Part shown: positions 36,658-45,530 of the stretch, one piece after another
How the letters are laid out: the number at the start of each line of letters is the position of its first letter
Position numbering within the stretch: position 1 is the stretch's first letter
Assembly: GCA_005223035.1 (NCBI GenBank)
Contig: NJBK01000007.1
Span: 24,276 to 88,275 of the forward strand
Length of the DNA stretch: 64,000 bases
Source of the DNA: Chloroflexi bacterium B3_Chlor
GTDB taxonomy: Bacteria > Chloroflexota > Anaerolineae > UBA7937 > B3-Chlor
Direction: 5' to 3'
The notes under the pieces: model-generated
What the model saw: the letters and a program-made list of their open reading frames with translations, nothing else
What the model was told of the DNA's origin: nothing
Database searches by the model: none
Position numbers and translations under genes: made by a program

Positions 36658-38157
36658 TCATGGCGCATAGCGCAACGGGTGGCGCGCGGCTTCCTTCTCA
36701 TGCAGCAGTTCATCCACAGAGGGTCGCCCTTCGATGGCCTTGCGGATGGCCGCCCGCATGGCTTTGTAGTTGTTGATGGCTATACGACGTCGGTTGGCCG
36801 CGGAGGGGTGCACGAAAGCATTGGCGATCATCACCAGGTCGTCCAAAGCCTCCTCAGGCAGGAAACCGTCAGCCAGGCTGGCATCGATAGCCATCACCAT
36901 CCCCTCGACTGCGTTCTCATAGATGTGGCGTGCCTGTTTCTTGGTGCGCACTGTGACCGTCGGCACCAGCAAGGTACGCGGCCGTTCGTAGATTATCTTC
37001 AACTGCGTCAGATCCTTACCCGATGGGTCTTCGGGCTTCGGCCTGGTTAGCGCCTCCTGGAGGGCCTTGCCAACGGGCCCATCCTCGACCCCTATGAGCA
37101 GGTCCACGTGGGCGACCTCGAAATCGGGGGGCCCGGCGTACCCCTCTCCCACCAGCATGGTGAAATCCTTCACTGTCGGAGGCGTCTGGCGTGTAGCAGG
37201 CACCTTGGTCTGCACCTTCCTGCCTTCGGAAAGGTCATACTCAACGCTCCGCGACGGGATCTTCCCCAGTTCCTCCAACTGCAGGCGCAGTTCCTCGTAG
37301 TCCTGTCGCCGGAAGGCGCCCCCGGGCATGATGGGGTGACGGGAGTTTCCCACCTGGATGCCCATCATGCCGAGCCCTTCCTTGGTAGCCTGAGTGGAAC
37401 CGCAGCGCACCACGATGCGCACCAACCGCTGGATTTGTCGCTGGCGCTCCTGAGCTTCCTCGATCTTGCCCCCCTTGACGTAGGTGTAGATCTCCTGCCA
37501 GATGTCGGGTATCAGGTTGGCGGTCGCCAGAATTGCGCCATCCGCCCCAGCGGCCAGGGCGGCCATCACTATTTCGTCGTGGCCGCAGATGATAGCGATC
37601 TGTCCCTTGACCTTCTCGAAGAGAGCCATCAGGAAGGGCACATCCCCACTGGAGTCCTTGATGCCCACCACGTTGTCCAGATAGGCCATCCCCTCGGCGG
37701 TCCACCATCTGTAGTGCGTACCTGCAGTTTGGGGGATGTTGTACAAGATGATGGGCAGGCCTACCTTGGACACCGCCTCATAGTGCTCGTACACCTCGTT
37801 GAAGGTGGGCTTGAGGTAGAAGGGCGCCACCACCAGGGCAGCGGCAGCCTTGGCGTCTCGAGCGTACTCCGTGAGGGCCACGGTATCCCTGGTGTTTGAG
37901 CAGCCCGTCCCCGCGATGACCGGTACGCGGCCCGCCACCTCGTCGATGGTGATGTCGATGACGCGCCGTTTCTCTGCCTCCGACAGATACACGAACTCGC
38001 CAGTGGTGCCTACAGGCACCACGGCGTTGATATGGGGCAATACGTGCCGGATCAGGCGCCGCATCGCCTCTTGGTCAATCTCCTCTTCGGCGGTGAACGG
38101 CGTGACGAGTGCGGGGATGATCCCCTTCAGCCAATCCGGTTTGTTGGCCATCTTCAT
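36658..38157 (-). CDS. Fusion protein 1: DapA/NAL-family class I aldolase (N-terminal) :: formaldehyde-activating-enzyme (Fae)-like domain (C-terminal)
   Basis: N-terminal motifs: LVTPF, GTTGEF, APFYLKP, LYNIPQT, VVGIKDSSGD (Schiff-base Lys). Residues ~333-495 align by eye with Fae (LVGEGYAG...FEVAHVDLLIG...DDLVMIANAFVHPSA...NNYKAMRAAI...RHPL). RBS AGGAGG favours the second ATG at 38151. Confidence 0.8.
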   Translation of the reverse strand: MKMANKPDWLKGIIPALVTPFTAEEEIDQEAMRRLIRHVLPHINAVVPVGTTGEFVYLSEAEKRRVIDITIDEVAGRVPVIAGTGCSNTRDTVALTEYARDAKAAAALVVAPFYLKPTFNEVYEHYEAVSKVGLPIILYNIPQTAGTHYRWWTAEGMAYLDNVVGIKDSSGDVPFLMALFEKVKGQIAIICGHDEIVMAALAAGADGAILATANLIPDIWQEIYTYVKGGKIEEAQERQRQIQRLVRIVVRCGSTQATKEGLGMMGIQVGNSRHPIMPGGAFRRQDYEELRLQLEELGKIPSRSVEYDLSEGRKVQTKVPATRQTPPTVKDFTMLVGEGYAGPPDFEVAHVDLLIGVEDGPVGKALQEALTRPKPEDPSGKDLTQLKIIYERPRTLLVPTVTVRTKKQARHIYENAVEGMVMAIDASLADGFLPEEALDDLVMIANAFVHPSAANRRRIAINNYKAMRAAIRKAIEGRPSVDELLHEKEAARHPLRYAP

Positions 38158-38222
38158 CGCCTCCTGGAAGGTACGAGGGGTCGGTCAGACGGTCGCCTGT
38201 GACACCTCACCTGCTCTTCGCA

Positions 38223-38423
38223 CTATTGACGGCTGTGGGTGGCAATGAACCGCTCGAGGGACCGGTCATAGGTCCTTTCTACATCTGGCGGGAAAAGGCA
38301 TGCCGGGAGTTCGCGATGGCCCCAGTGATACTCGATGCACTCACAGCAGATGCCCTTGCGGCTGCACGACTCGTAGGTGCACGCGCACGCCGCCTTGTTT
38401 TCTTCCACCTTACATTCTCTCAT
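38223..38423 (-). CDS. Cys-rich 66-aa protein (8 Cys, 3 His); resembles an uncharacterised DUF-type small cytoplasmic protein
   Basis: [60 protein letters not shown]. It is tightly packed between the two fusion genes, with gaps of 30 and 65 nt. Confidence 0.65.
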   Translation of the reverse strand: MRECKVEENKAACACTYESCSRKGICCECIEYHWGHRELPACLFPPDVERTYDRSLERFIATHSRQ

Positions 38424-38453
38424 GCTACCTCCTAGAAATGGTTGTCTCCAACC

Positions 38454-39878
38454 CTAAGCTTCAAATGCCATCCTGATCGCGCTGTCCATGGCCGCTCGTA
38501 CCTTGGCGTACAATTGGTGTCGATCCAGGGCCCTGGGGTGGATGGTGGCCTTGGCGATCATGAGCTTATCGTCCAAGGTATCTGGGGGGATGATCTTCTC
38601 CTCGATGTTGTCGAGAATCGCTTTGGCTACTGCCGCCTGGGTAGGACCATATACCATGCTGGCCTGACGGAGATTCACCAGTTCGACCGTCGGCACGATG
38701 AGCGTCGAGGGCTTGACCGTCAGGTTGGGCTCAGCGATGGTGGTCAGCGCTTCGTAGCCATGGCTGGGGTGGGTGAGTTGTCTGGCGTAGGCCTCACCTA
38801 CGGGGCCGCCCTTGGGTCCGACAATCAGATCAATGCCTACCGTCTCTGGATCTTCTCCTTCAGTGGCGCTTCCCAAGAGAATGCCGTTGGACTCGATCAT
38901 CTCGACGGTAATACCGATGTCGGTGAATCTGTGTGCCAGGGGTCCCTCAGGCATGGCCCAGCTCATCTCCTGGGGCTGTATCTTGCCCAGCTTCTCCAAC
39001 TCAAGCTGGATCTCTGCTCTGGTCTCGTGGATCATGGCGCCGCCGACCGGCTTGAGAGGACGCCGTGGGCGACCCACCTTGACCCCCATCATGTTCAGGG
39101 CTGCCTTGACAGCGACTCCACCTCCATGGCGAACGAAGATACGGGCCAGCTTTTGCACCTTCAGTTGGAGCTTGCGGGCGGCCTTGAGATCACCTTGCTG
39201 TACCTTGCGAAATAGGTCCTGCCATATCTCGGGGAAGACCTGAGCACTAGCTAGGATCATGCCGCGACAGCCGCCCGCCAAGGTCGGCAATACCACCTCG
39301 TCATGGCCCACCAGCACATCAAGGCGGCCTTGGGTCATTTCCAACACCTCCATGGTGTAAGGCAGATCGCCGGATGAGTCCTTGAGTCCTACGATGTTCT
39401 CGATCTCGCTCAGGTCTTCCAGGACTTGGCGCGATATGTAGGCATCCACGGTCTGAGGGATGTTGTAGAGGATGATAGGCAGGTCCACCGCCCTGGCTAC
39501 CTCGTAGAAGTGTTGGTAGATGCCTTTGTCAGACGGATGAAGGAAGTACGGCGCAACCACCAGACAAGCGGCGGCCCCGGCTTGCTCAGCGTGACGGGCC
39601 AGTTGGATCGCCTCACGGGTAGAGGCTGCGCCGGTGCCGGCAATGACCGGCATCTCATCGCTCACCTCATCTATGCAGACCTCCAGCACCTGCCGGCGTT
39701 CGGCGTGGGACATATTGACGAACTCGCCAGTGGTGCCGCAAGGAACGACGCCGTCCACGTGGGGCCGAACGAAGCGCAACAAGTTCCGGAGCGCCTCTTC
39801 GTCTATTCTGTCATCCCTGGTGAACGGAGTAACCAGCGCAGGGTTGACGCCGCCTGGGCGATATCTCTCGTGTGTCAT
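38454..39878 (-). CDS. Fusion protein 2: DapA/NAL-family class I aldolase :: Fae-like domain (paralogue of 36658-38157)
   Basis: LVTPF, GTTGEF, APYFLHP, LYNIPQT, IVGLKDSSGD. C-terminal domain: ETVGIDLIVGPKGGPVG...HGYEALTTIAEPNLTVKPSTLIVPTV...DDKLMIAKATIHP. I prefer the start at ATG 39878 (RBS GAGGTG, 6-nt spacer) over the track start 39923. Confidence 0.8.
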   Translation of the reverse strand: MTHERYRPGGVNPALVTPFTRDDRIDEEALRNLLRFVRPHVDGVVPCGTTGEFVNMSHAERRQVLEVCIDEVSDEMPVIAGTGAASTREAIQLARHAEQAGAAACLVVAPYFLHPSDKGIYQHFYEVARAVDLPIILYNIPQTVDAYISRQVLEDLSEIENIVGLKDSSGDLPYTMEVLEMTQGRLDVLVGHDEVVLPTLAGGCRGMILASAQVFPEIWQDLFRKVQQGDLKAARKLQLKVQKLARIFVRHGGGVAVKAALNMMGVKVGRPRRPLKPVGGAMIHETRAEIQLELEKLGKIQPQEMSWAMPEGPLAHRFTDIGITVEMIESNGILLGSATEGEDPETVGIDLIVGPKGGPVGEAYARQLTHPSHGYEALTTIAEPNLTVKPSTLIVPTVELVNLRQASMVYGPTQAAVAKAILDNIEEKIIPPDTLDDKLMIAKATIHPRALDRHQLYAKVRAAMDSAIRMAFEA

Positions 39879-40223
39879 CTTCAGCACCTCTGACGGTATG
39901 GAGTCGATTTTGTGCGCGCACATTGATGCCCAAGAGCCGCTTGACCCTGGGCGATCTCTCGTTGATTCGAGCCGACCGTTCTGGAGGGTCTAACCGTGCG
40001 GACGCGACATGTGCTGAGGCGCGAGGAGTCACTCTTCCGTGTGCGGGAGATGCGACGCAAGAACGCGCCTCTTGTGAGGGCCACCCCGAAGCTGGGTTCT
40101 GAATAGCCCTCGATGCACTGTTCTCCAGACGGTGGGCCAGGCAATGCCTCAGCCAGGGTATGGAAGGATGGCAGGTCAAAAGCAGACGCAGCGCAGGCGA
40201 TGATCGCCGGGCCATCACCGATC

Positions 40224-41471
40224 CTACCTACGAGAGCTCTGAGCGAACTTGACCGGGATGCCTCTCTTCATATATTCCACGGCGTGTTTGGTGCATTGGA
40301 GGGTCTTGTAGTAGATGACATCTCCGATCTTGAGCGCATTTGCCGTCCTCTGCTTATCCGAGAGAAAGTAGGCTTCCATCGTATCCAATTCCCTGCCCTG
40401 GCCATCGCTCTCGTACTTGAAGGTCAGGTCACGCCCGCTTTCCAGGACCTTGATTGAGTCGTCGTACCAGTTGAAGTCAGGCCGTCCCAGATCGGGGTTG
40501 ATCAGGATGTGCGCGGCCAGGTCCACGCCTTTGATGCCGCTCTCCTGAAGTTCCCGGCTGCATTTGATGAAATTCTCCGCTGATACCCCGTTGCCAATGT
40601 TGATCTCCCGGATGGGACTCGTCATGTCATCCCTGAGGTATTCGTTCATGATGTTCAGGAGCATCCTGAACTGCATCAGGTTCTGGGTGGCGAGCATCAT
40701 CGAAATCTTGATGTAGAGATTGGGGATATCCCGCCCATAATAGCAGATGGCGATTACGGTGCTCCAACTTGGATTGAGGAAGAAGTTCGCACCGGTGGTC
40801 TTGGCGGCACGGGTTATGCCGTCGAGATAGACCAGATGATTGTCGTTTGCTACCTCGATCCCCCCGAAGTTCCCGAAGAAGGTCCCCTGATTCTTCAGGA
40901 CGAGTTGGACTAAACCGTCGCCTGCAGGCTCGGTTTCAAGCTCCACCCCGGTCACTCTCTCTATGTCTGCAAACCTCTTTTCGGGCAAGGGGGTCCCGAT
41001 CAAGTTGGTCGTACAAAACCAGGCGACCCTCATAATGCTCTCAGCCATGGCGAGGGTAGCCATCAGATTGCCGTTGTATACGTAGTCCTCAGTGAGAGCC
41101 ACCACGGAGATCATCTCGGCGGGCACAAAGACTGGCACTTCGCTGGAAGCGCTCTCAGCGATCCTTTGCATGCAGCGGTGAGTAACCCTTGCGCCCTGAA
41201 ATCCTGAGACTTGAGAGGTCGCTATTCCCATCTCCTTCTCATAGGCGATGTTGTTTGCCTCCTCGAAATCCTCCACCTTGGCGAATCTCTTGACCAGCTC
41301 CTCGGCCTCGTCGATCATCGCGCCATACTCAGTTTCCGCGAGGATCTTCTTCCTGGTCTCGAAATCCCTCACGTTCTCGATGGTCTCAGCTATTCGTTGG
41401 GCTCCCCCGTGGGATTCCTTCAAGGAGTCCATGGCCTTCATGTCGCTGGCTAACAGTAGTTTGAATCTCAT
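40224..41471 (-). CDS. Conserved-looking hypothetical protein, 415 aa, no family recognised
   Basis: The long ORF has protein-like composition (MRFKLLLASDMKAMDSLKE...FFLNPSWSTVIAICYYGRDIPNLYIKISMMLATQNLMQFRMLLNIMNEYL...). ATG 41471 with RBS GGGAGAAGG. The track start 41810 would overlap the divergent gene and its promoter. Confidence 0.6.
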   Translation of the reverse strand: MRFKLLLASDMKAMDSLKESHGGAQRIAETIENVRDFETRKKILAETEYGAMIDEAEELVKRFAKVEDFEEANNIAYEKEMGIATSQVSGFQGARVTHRCMQRIAESASSEVPVFVPAEMISVVALTEDYVYNGNLMATLAMAESIMRVAWFCTTNLIGTPLPEKRFADIERVTGVELETEPAGDGLVQLVLKNQGTFFGNFGGIEVANDNHLVYLDGITRAAKTTGANFFLNPSWSTVIAICYYGRDIPNLYIKISMMLATQNLMQFRMLLNIMNEYLRDDMTSPIREINIGNGVSAENFIKCSRELQESGIKGVDLAAHILINPDLGRPDFNWYDDSIKVLESGRDLTFKYESDGQGRELDTMEAYFLSDKQRTANALKIGDVIYYKTLQCTKHAVEYMKRGIPVKFAQSSRR

Positions 41472-41697
41472 GATGGTACCTTCTCCCGGGTGAAATCCTA
41501 CAAGTTCGGACCGGTAAGCGTTGAGGAACCGCCGATCGTGACGATCAGCTACCAAGTGCGTTACCATGTGCTTGGCACCGCCCCTCCACGCACCTTGGAA
41601 CGCGCAAGGCTTATGATACCATCTTTCCCTTACGGAGTCAAAATCAGACCGAGAAGGGCTAGCTTTTTCGTCTAGCCTATAGTATGATAGCAAAGCT

Positions 41698-42732
41698 ATG
41701 TGGAAGAGAGGCAGATTCTGGTTGGGGATCGTGATCAGCATCCTTTTTCTTCTGTACGCTCTCAAAGGCCAGAGGCTACCAGAAGTCTGGCAGGGGCTGC
41801 GAGGTGCCAACTACTGGTGGTTCATTCCCGGCGTTGTGGTCTATTTTGGTGCCGTCTGGTTGCGCACATATCGCTGGCACTACCTGTTGCGACCAATCAA
41901 GCATCTCCCCGTGCGCTCCTTGTTTCCAGTAGTAACCATCGGGTACATGGGCAACAACATCTTTCCCTTCAGAGCCGGGGAGGTAATCCGCGCCTACGTG
42001 CTGAAGAGGAAAGAGGGTGTTAGTGCGAGCGCGAGCTTGGCTACAATACTGGTGGAACGCATCTTTGACGGCATAACGATGCTGGTTTTCGTTTTTGCCG
42101 TTCTCCCCCTGGTCCCGACCAACGAGTTTCTGGGCCAACTCCTAGCGTTTATGAGCTTTTTGTTCTTCGGAGCCTTGTTCGCTTTCCTGCTCATTGCCTC
42201 CTCCTCACGGAGGACAGAACGAGTGTACCAGTGGCTTGTGACCCACTTGGTGCCTCATCGCTTACGAGACCAGGTAGCAGGTCTCTTGGAGAGGTTCGTG
42301 GAGGGGCTGCAAGTTCTCAGGAGTGGCCGAGACATGCTTTTCGTCATGGGGATCTCGGTCCTTCTATGGCTAGTGGAGGCGTGGAAGTACTGGTTTGTGA
42401 TGCAGGGCTTCGCTTTCGACCAGCCTTTCTACGTTCTGGTCTTCACTTGTGCCATAGTCAATCTGGCCACCGCGATTCCTTCCACACCAGGGTACCTGGG
42501 TACGTTCGAGGTGTCAGGCATAGAAAGCCTGGTCTTATTTGGTGTGGCCAGGCACAGCGCGACCAGCTTCATGTTGGCGCTGCATGCCGCCTTGTGGTTC
42601 CCCATCACTGCTCTCGGTGCGTACTTTGCCTGGCGGGAAAGCATCAGTTGGGGGGAGATGGAAGGACTTCGAGTCTCGGAGAGGGAATCGGCAGCGACTG
42701 TAGCAGCTCTGCATAAGGACATGTCACGGTGA
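41698..42732 (+). CDS. UPF0104/LPG-synthase-TM (flippase-like) family membrane protein
   Basis: Polytopic, with the motif ..RWHYLLRP.......LF.VV.IGYMGNNI.PFRAGE..RAY.L..... Confidence 0.75.
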   Translation: MWKRGRFWLGIVISILFLLYALKGQRLPEVWQGLRGANYWWFIPGVVVYFGAVWLRTYRWHYLLRPIKHLPVRSLFPVVTIGYMGNNIFPFRAGEVIRAYVLKRKEGVSASASLATILVERIFDGITMLVFVFAVLPLVPTNEFLGQLLAFMSFLFFGALFAFLLIASSSRRTERVYQWLVTHLVPHRLRDQVAGLLERFVEGLQVLRSGRDMLFVMGISVLLWLVEAWKYWFVMQGFAFDQPFYVLVFTCAIVNLATAIPSTPGYLGTFEVSGIESLVLFGVARHSATSFMLALHAALWFPITALGAYFAWRESISWGEMEGLRVSERESAATVAALHKDMSR

Positions 42733-44066
42733 GTATCGGCGTAATCGGGGGGGGCGTGACGGGCTTGACAGCGGGCTACGAGCTGGCCAAGGAAGGCCAT
42801 CAGGTAGTTCTCTTTGAGGGTCAACCCTATCTCGGAGGCCAGGCCAGCACTTTCGAGATCGAAGGGGCGCGGCTGGAAAGATACTATCATCACATCTTCA
42901 CCGGCGATGAAGACATGATGAGGTTGATCGGTGAACTGGGGTTGACGGAGAGGATGCAGTGGTTGGCCTCCAAGGTGGGTTTCTTCTATGAGGGCAAGAT
43001 ATACGACTTTGTCACTCCTTTTGATCTCCTTCGTTTCAAACCCCTGAGTTTCCTCCAGCGTATCAGGGCTGGCCTGGTGACTCTATATCTCCAGAGGTTC
43101 GGGGATTGGCGAACGCTCGAGGGTTTCACCGCCCAAGAATGGATGCGCAGATACGCGGGACAGCAGGCCCACGAGGTGATCTTTGCTCCCTTACTACGGG
43201 CCAAGTTCGGCGAGTACGCAGATCAAGTCACGATGGCATGGTTGTGGAGCAAGTTCAAGGACCGTGTAGGATCCCGAAGCAGGACCATGGCACGAGAACT
43301 ATTGGGCTACATGGAGGGAAGCTTCCAACCCTTCATAGACGCCCTCGCAGACGGCATTAGAGCCCAAGGAGGAGAGGTGTTGACGGACGCGCCGGTGGAG
43401 CGGGTCATCGTCGAGGGAGGGAGGGTCAAAGGTATCCAGGCAGGAGACATCTGGCTCTTGGACAAGGTCATCGCCACCGTTCCTTCCTTTGTCTTCTTGG
43501 ACATCGTGCCCGACTTGCCCGCCGGTTATGCCGACCAGCTGCGAGAGGTACGATATCAAACTTCTCTGTGCCTGGTGCTCAAGATGACTCGCTCTCTATC
43601 CCGCATCTACTGGCTGAATATCAGCGATCCCACCTTCCCTTTTGTGGGTGCCATTGAGCACACCAATCTGATCCCGCCGGAGCAATACAATGGCAAACAC
43701 ATCCTCTACCTGTCCGATTATGTATCGAAGTCCGACCCTCTGCACTCGGCCTCGGCTGAGGAGTTGATGATGCATTATCTTTCCTCCCTCAGAGAGATCA
43801 ACCCTGACTTCGACGTGGATTGGGTGGAGGATTCGTGGCTGTATCGCGAGGATGCTGCCCAACCCATCATCACTCGCGGCTACTCGCGCCGTATTCCTTC
43901 TTACGAGACGCCCGTGGAGAACCTGTATCTGGCCAATACTACTCAGATATACCCTCAAGATCGAGGCATGAACTACAGTGTGAGACTGGGGAGGGTCGTG
44001 GGTGAGTTGGTGAATGAGTCAGGGTCTTTCAGCTGGCCTGTTGGTACGAGGAGAGTTCAAGGCTGA
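42729..44066 (+). CDS. FAD/NAD(P)-binding oxidoreductase (amine oxidase / phytoene-desaturase-like fold)
   Basis: N-terminal Rossmann motif IGVIGGGVTGLTAGYELAKEGHQVVLFEG...LGG. The GTG start overlaps the upstream stop (GTGA). Confidence 0.75.
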   Translation: MSIGVIGGGVTGLTAGYELAKEGHQVVLFEGQPYLGGQASTFEIEGARLERYYHHIFTGDEDMMRLIGELGLTERMQWLASKVGFFYEGKIYDFVTPFDLLRFKPLSFLQRIRAGLVTLYLQRFGDWRTLEGFTAQEWMRRYAGQQAHEVIFAPLLRAKFGEYADQVTMAWLWSKFKDRVGSRSRTMARELLGYMEGSFQPFIDALADGIRAQGGEVLTDAPVERVIVEGGRVKGIQAGDIWLLDKVIATVPSFVFLDIVPDLPAGYADQLREVRYQTSLCLVLKMTRSLSRIYWLNISDPTFPFVGAIEHTNLIPPEQYNGKHILYLSDYVSKSDPLHSASAEELMMHYLSSLREINPDFDVDWVEDSWLYREDAAQPIITRGYSRRIPSYETPVENLYLANTTQIYPQDRGMNYSVRLGRVVGELVNESGSFSWPVGTRRVQG

Positions 44067-44117
44067 GCAGAGCTGCCGTGTTGTAGACCACCGAATTAGT
44101 TAGGGAGAGGTGCATTC

Positions 44118-45503
44118 ATGAGCAAGATCTGTGTGATAGGCGGAGGTGGCTATGTTGGGCTTACCACCGGGGCCTGCTTCGCCGATCTGGGCAATGAAGT
44201 AGTTTGTGTGGACATAGATGAGCAAAAGATCGCGGGTTTGAGACAGGGCAAGTTGCCCATCTATGAGCCGGGACTGCAAGAGATGGTGGAGCGCAATGCC
44301 AAAGTCGAGCGATTGCGGTTCACCACTTCGTACCCTGAAGGGTTGGAGGACGCCGAATTCGCGTTCATCGCCGTGGACACCCCTTCGGGCAGCGAGGGTG
44401 AGGCTGATCTGAAATATGTGCGGATGGCCGCTCAAACCATCGCCGGGGAGATGACCGACTCCCTCATCATTGTGAACAAGAGCACCGTGCCCATAGGCAC
44501 TGGCGATTGGGTAGCCGAGATAGTGGAGGAGCATATTGCTCCGGGTCTCGAATTCGCGGTAGTCTCCAATCCGGAGTTTCTACGCGAAGGATCGGGGATC
44601 AGTGACTTCTTGAATCCTGACCGTATCGTGCTGGGCTCGACTGATCGGCAGGCGGCGGAGAAGGTAGCCCAGTTGTATCTTTCCCTGCGCGCGCCCATTC
44701 TCGTGACCGATTTGCGTACTGCAGAGATGATCAAATATGCATCTAACGCCTACCTGGCCAACCGAATCTCCTTCATCAACGAGATATCCTCCATCTGCGA
44801 GAAACTGGGCGCCGACATCAAGGAGGTGGCGGCAGGGATGGGATATGACAAGCGCATAGGCCATTCCTACTTGGATGCCGGAGTGGGTTGGGGAGGTTCC
44901 TGTTTCCCCAAAGATGTCAAAGCCCTCGCCCACATGGCGGCTATCCAGGGCTGTCACCCCCAGCTCTTGAGGGCGGTAATAGAGATCAATCGAGATCAAA
45001 GACGACGGGTTGTCCAGAGCTTACGCGAGATATTGGTTTCCTTGCATGGGAAGACCGTAGGCATCTTAGGGTTGGCATTCAAGCCCAATACCGACGACAT
45101 GCGCGAAGCTCCCGCCGTGGAGATCATCCACCTACTACAGAACGAGGGAACGTTCATCAAAGCCTTTGATCCGGTTGCCATGGGCAAAGCCACAGAGATG
45201 TTGCCCGACGTGACCTACTGCGAAGATGCTTACGAGGTGGCGGAAGGCAGCGATGCTCTGGTCATCGTCACCGATTGGAATGAATTCAAGCATTTGGACA
45301 TGGCTCGCATCAAGGTGTCCATGGCTGAACCCGTCCTGGTGGATGGTCGCAACATCTACGAGCCGCGGAGAATGCAGGAGTTGGGCTTCATCTATCGCGG
45401 CATCGGCCGACGTTTGGAGGCGTCGGACGTGATTGAGACCGATGGCCTGTCAGTTGGCGGACAGCCGAAAGAAGCTCGTGGTTCGGGCAACGGCGCACCC
45501 TAG
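44118..45503 (+). CDS. ugd: UDP-glucose 6-dehydrogenase
   Basis: [35 protein letters not shown] and the catalytic region [10 protein letters not shown]. Confidence 0.9.
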   Translation: MSKICVIGGGGYVGLTTGACFADLGNEVVCVDIDEQKIAGLRQGKLPIYEPGLQEMVERNAKVERLRFTTSYPEGLEDAEFAFIAVDTPSGSEGEADLKYVRMAAQTIAGEMTDSLIIVNKSTVPIGTGDWVAEIVEEHIAPGLEFAVVSNPEFLREGSGISDFLNPDRIVLGSTDRQAAEKVAQLYLSLRAPILVTDLRTAEMIKYASNAYLANRISFINEISSICEKLGADIKEVAAGMGYDKRIGHSYLDAGVGWGGSCFPKDVKALAHMAAIQGCHPQLLRAVIEINRDQRRRVVQSLREILVSLHGKTVGILGLAFKPNTDDMREAPAVEIIHLLQNEGTFIKAFDPVAMGKATEMLPDVTYCEDAYEVAEGSDALVIVTDWNEFKHLDMARIKVSMAEPVLVDGRNIYEPRRMQELGFIYRGIGRRLEASDVIETDGLSVGGQPKEARGSGNGAP

Positions 45504-45530
45504 CTTCTTGGAGGAGGCGTTAAGGGAGAT

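Noticed and set aside
40016-40071. AAGAGGCGCG at the base of a hairpin upstream of a dapA-like gene, reminiscent of the lysine riboswitch (L-box) AGAGGCGC start
   Set aside because: I could not find the other conserved L-box elements (the GAGUA turn, GGGGAGC..GCCGAAG, the five-helix junction). The downstream gene is probably not a lysine-biosynthesis dapA, because the ASA-binding Arg is lacking. It is kept only as an unexplained structured spacer.
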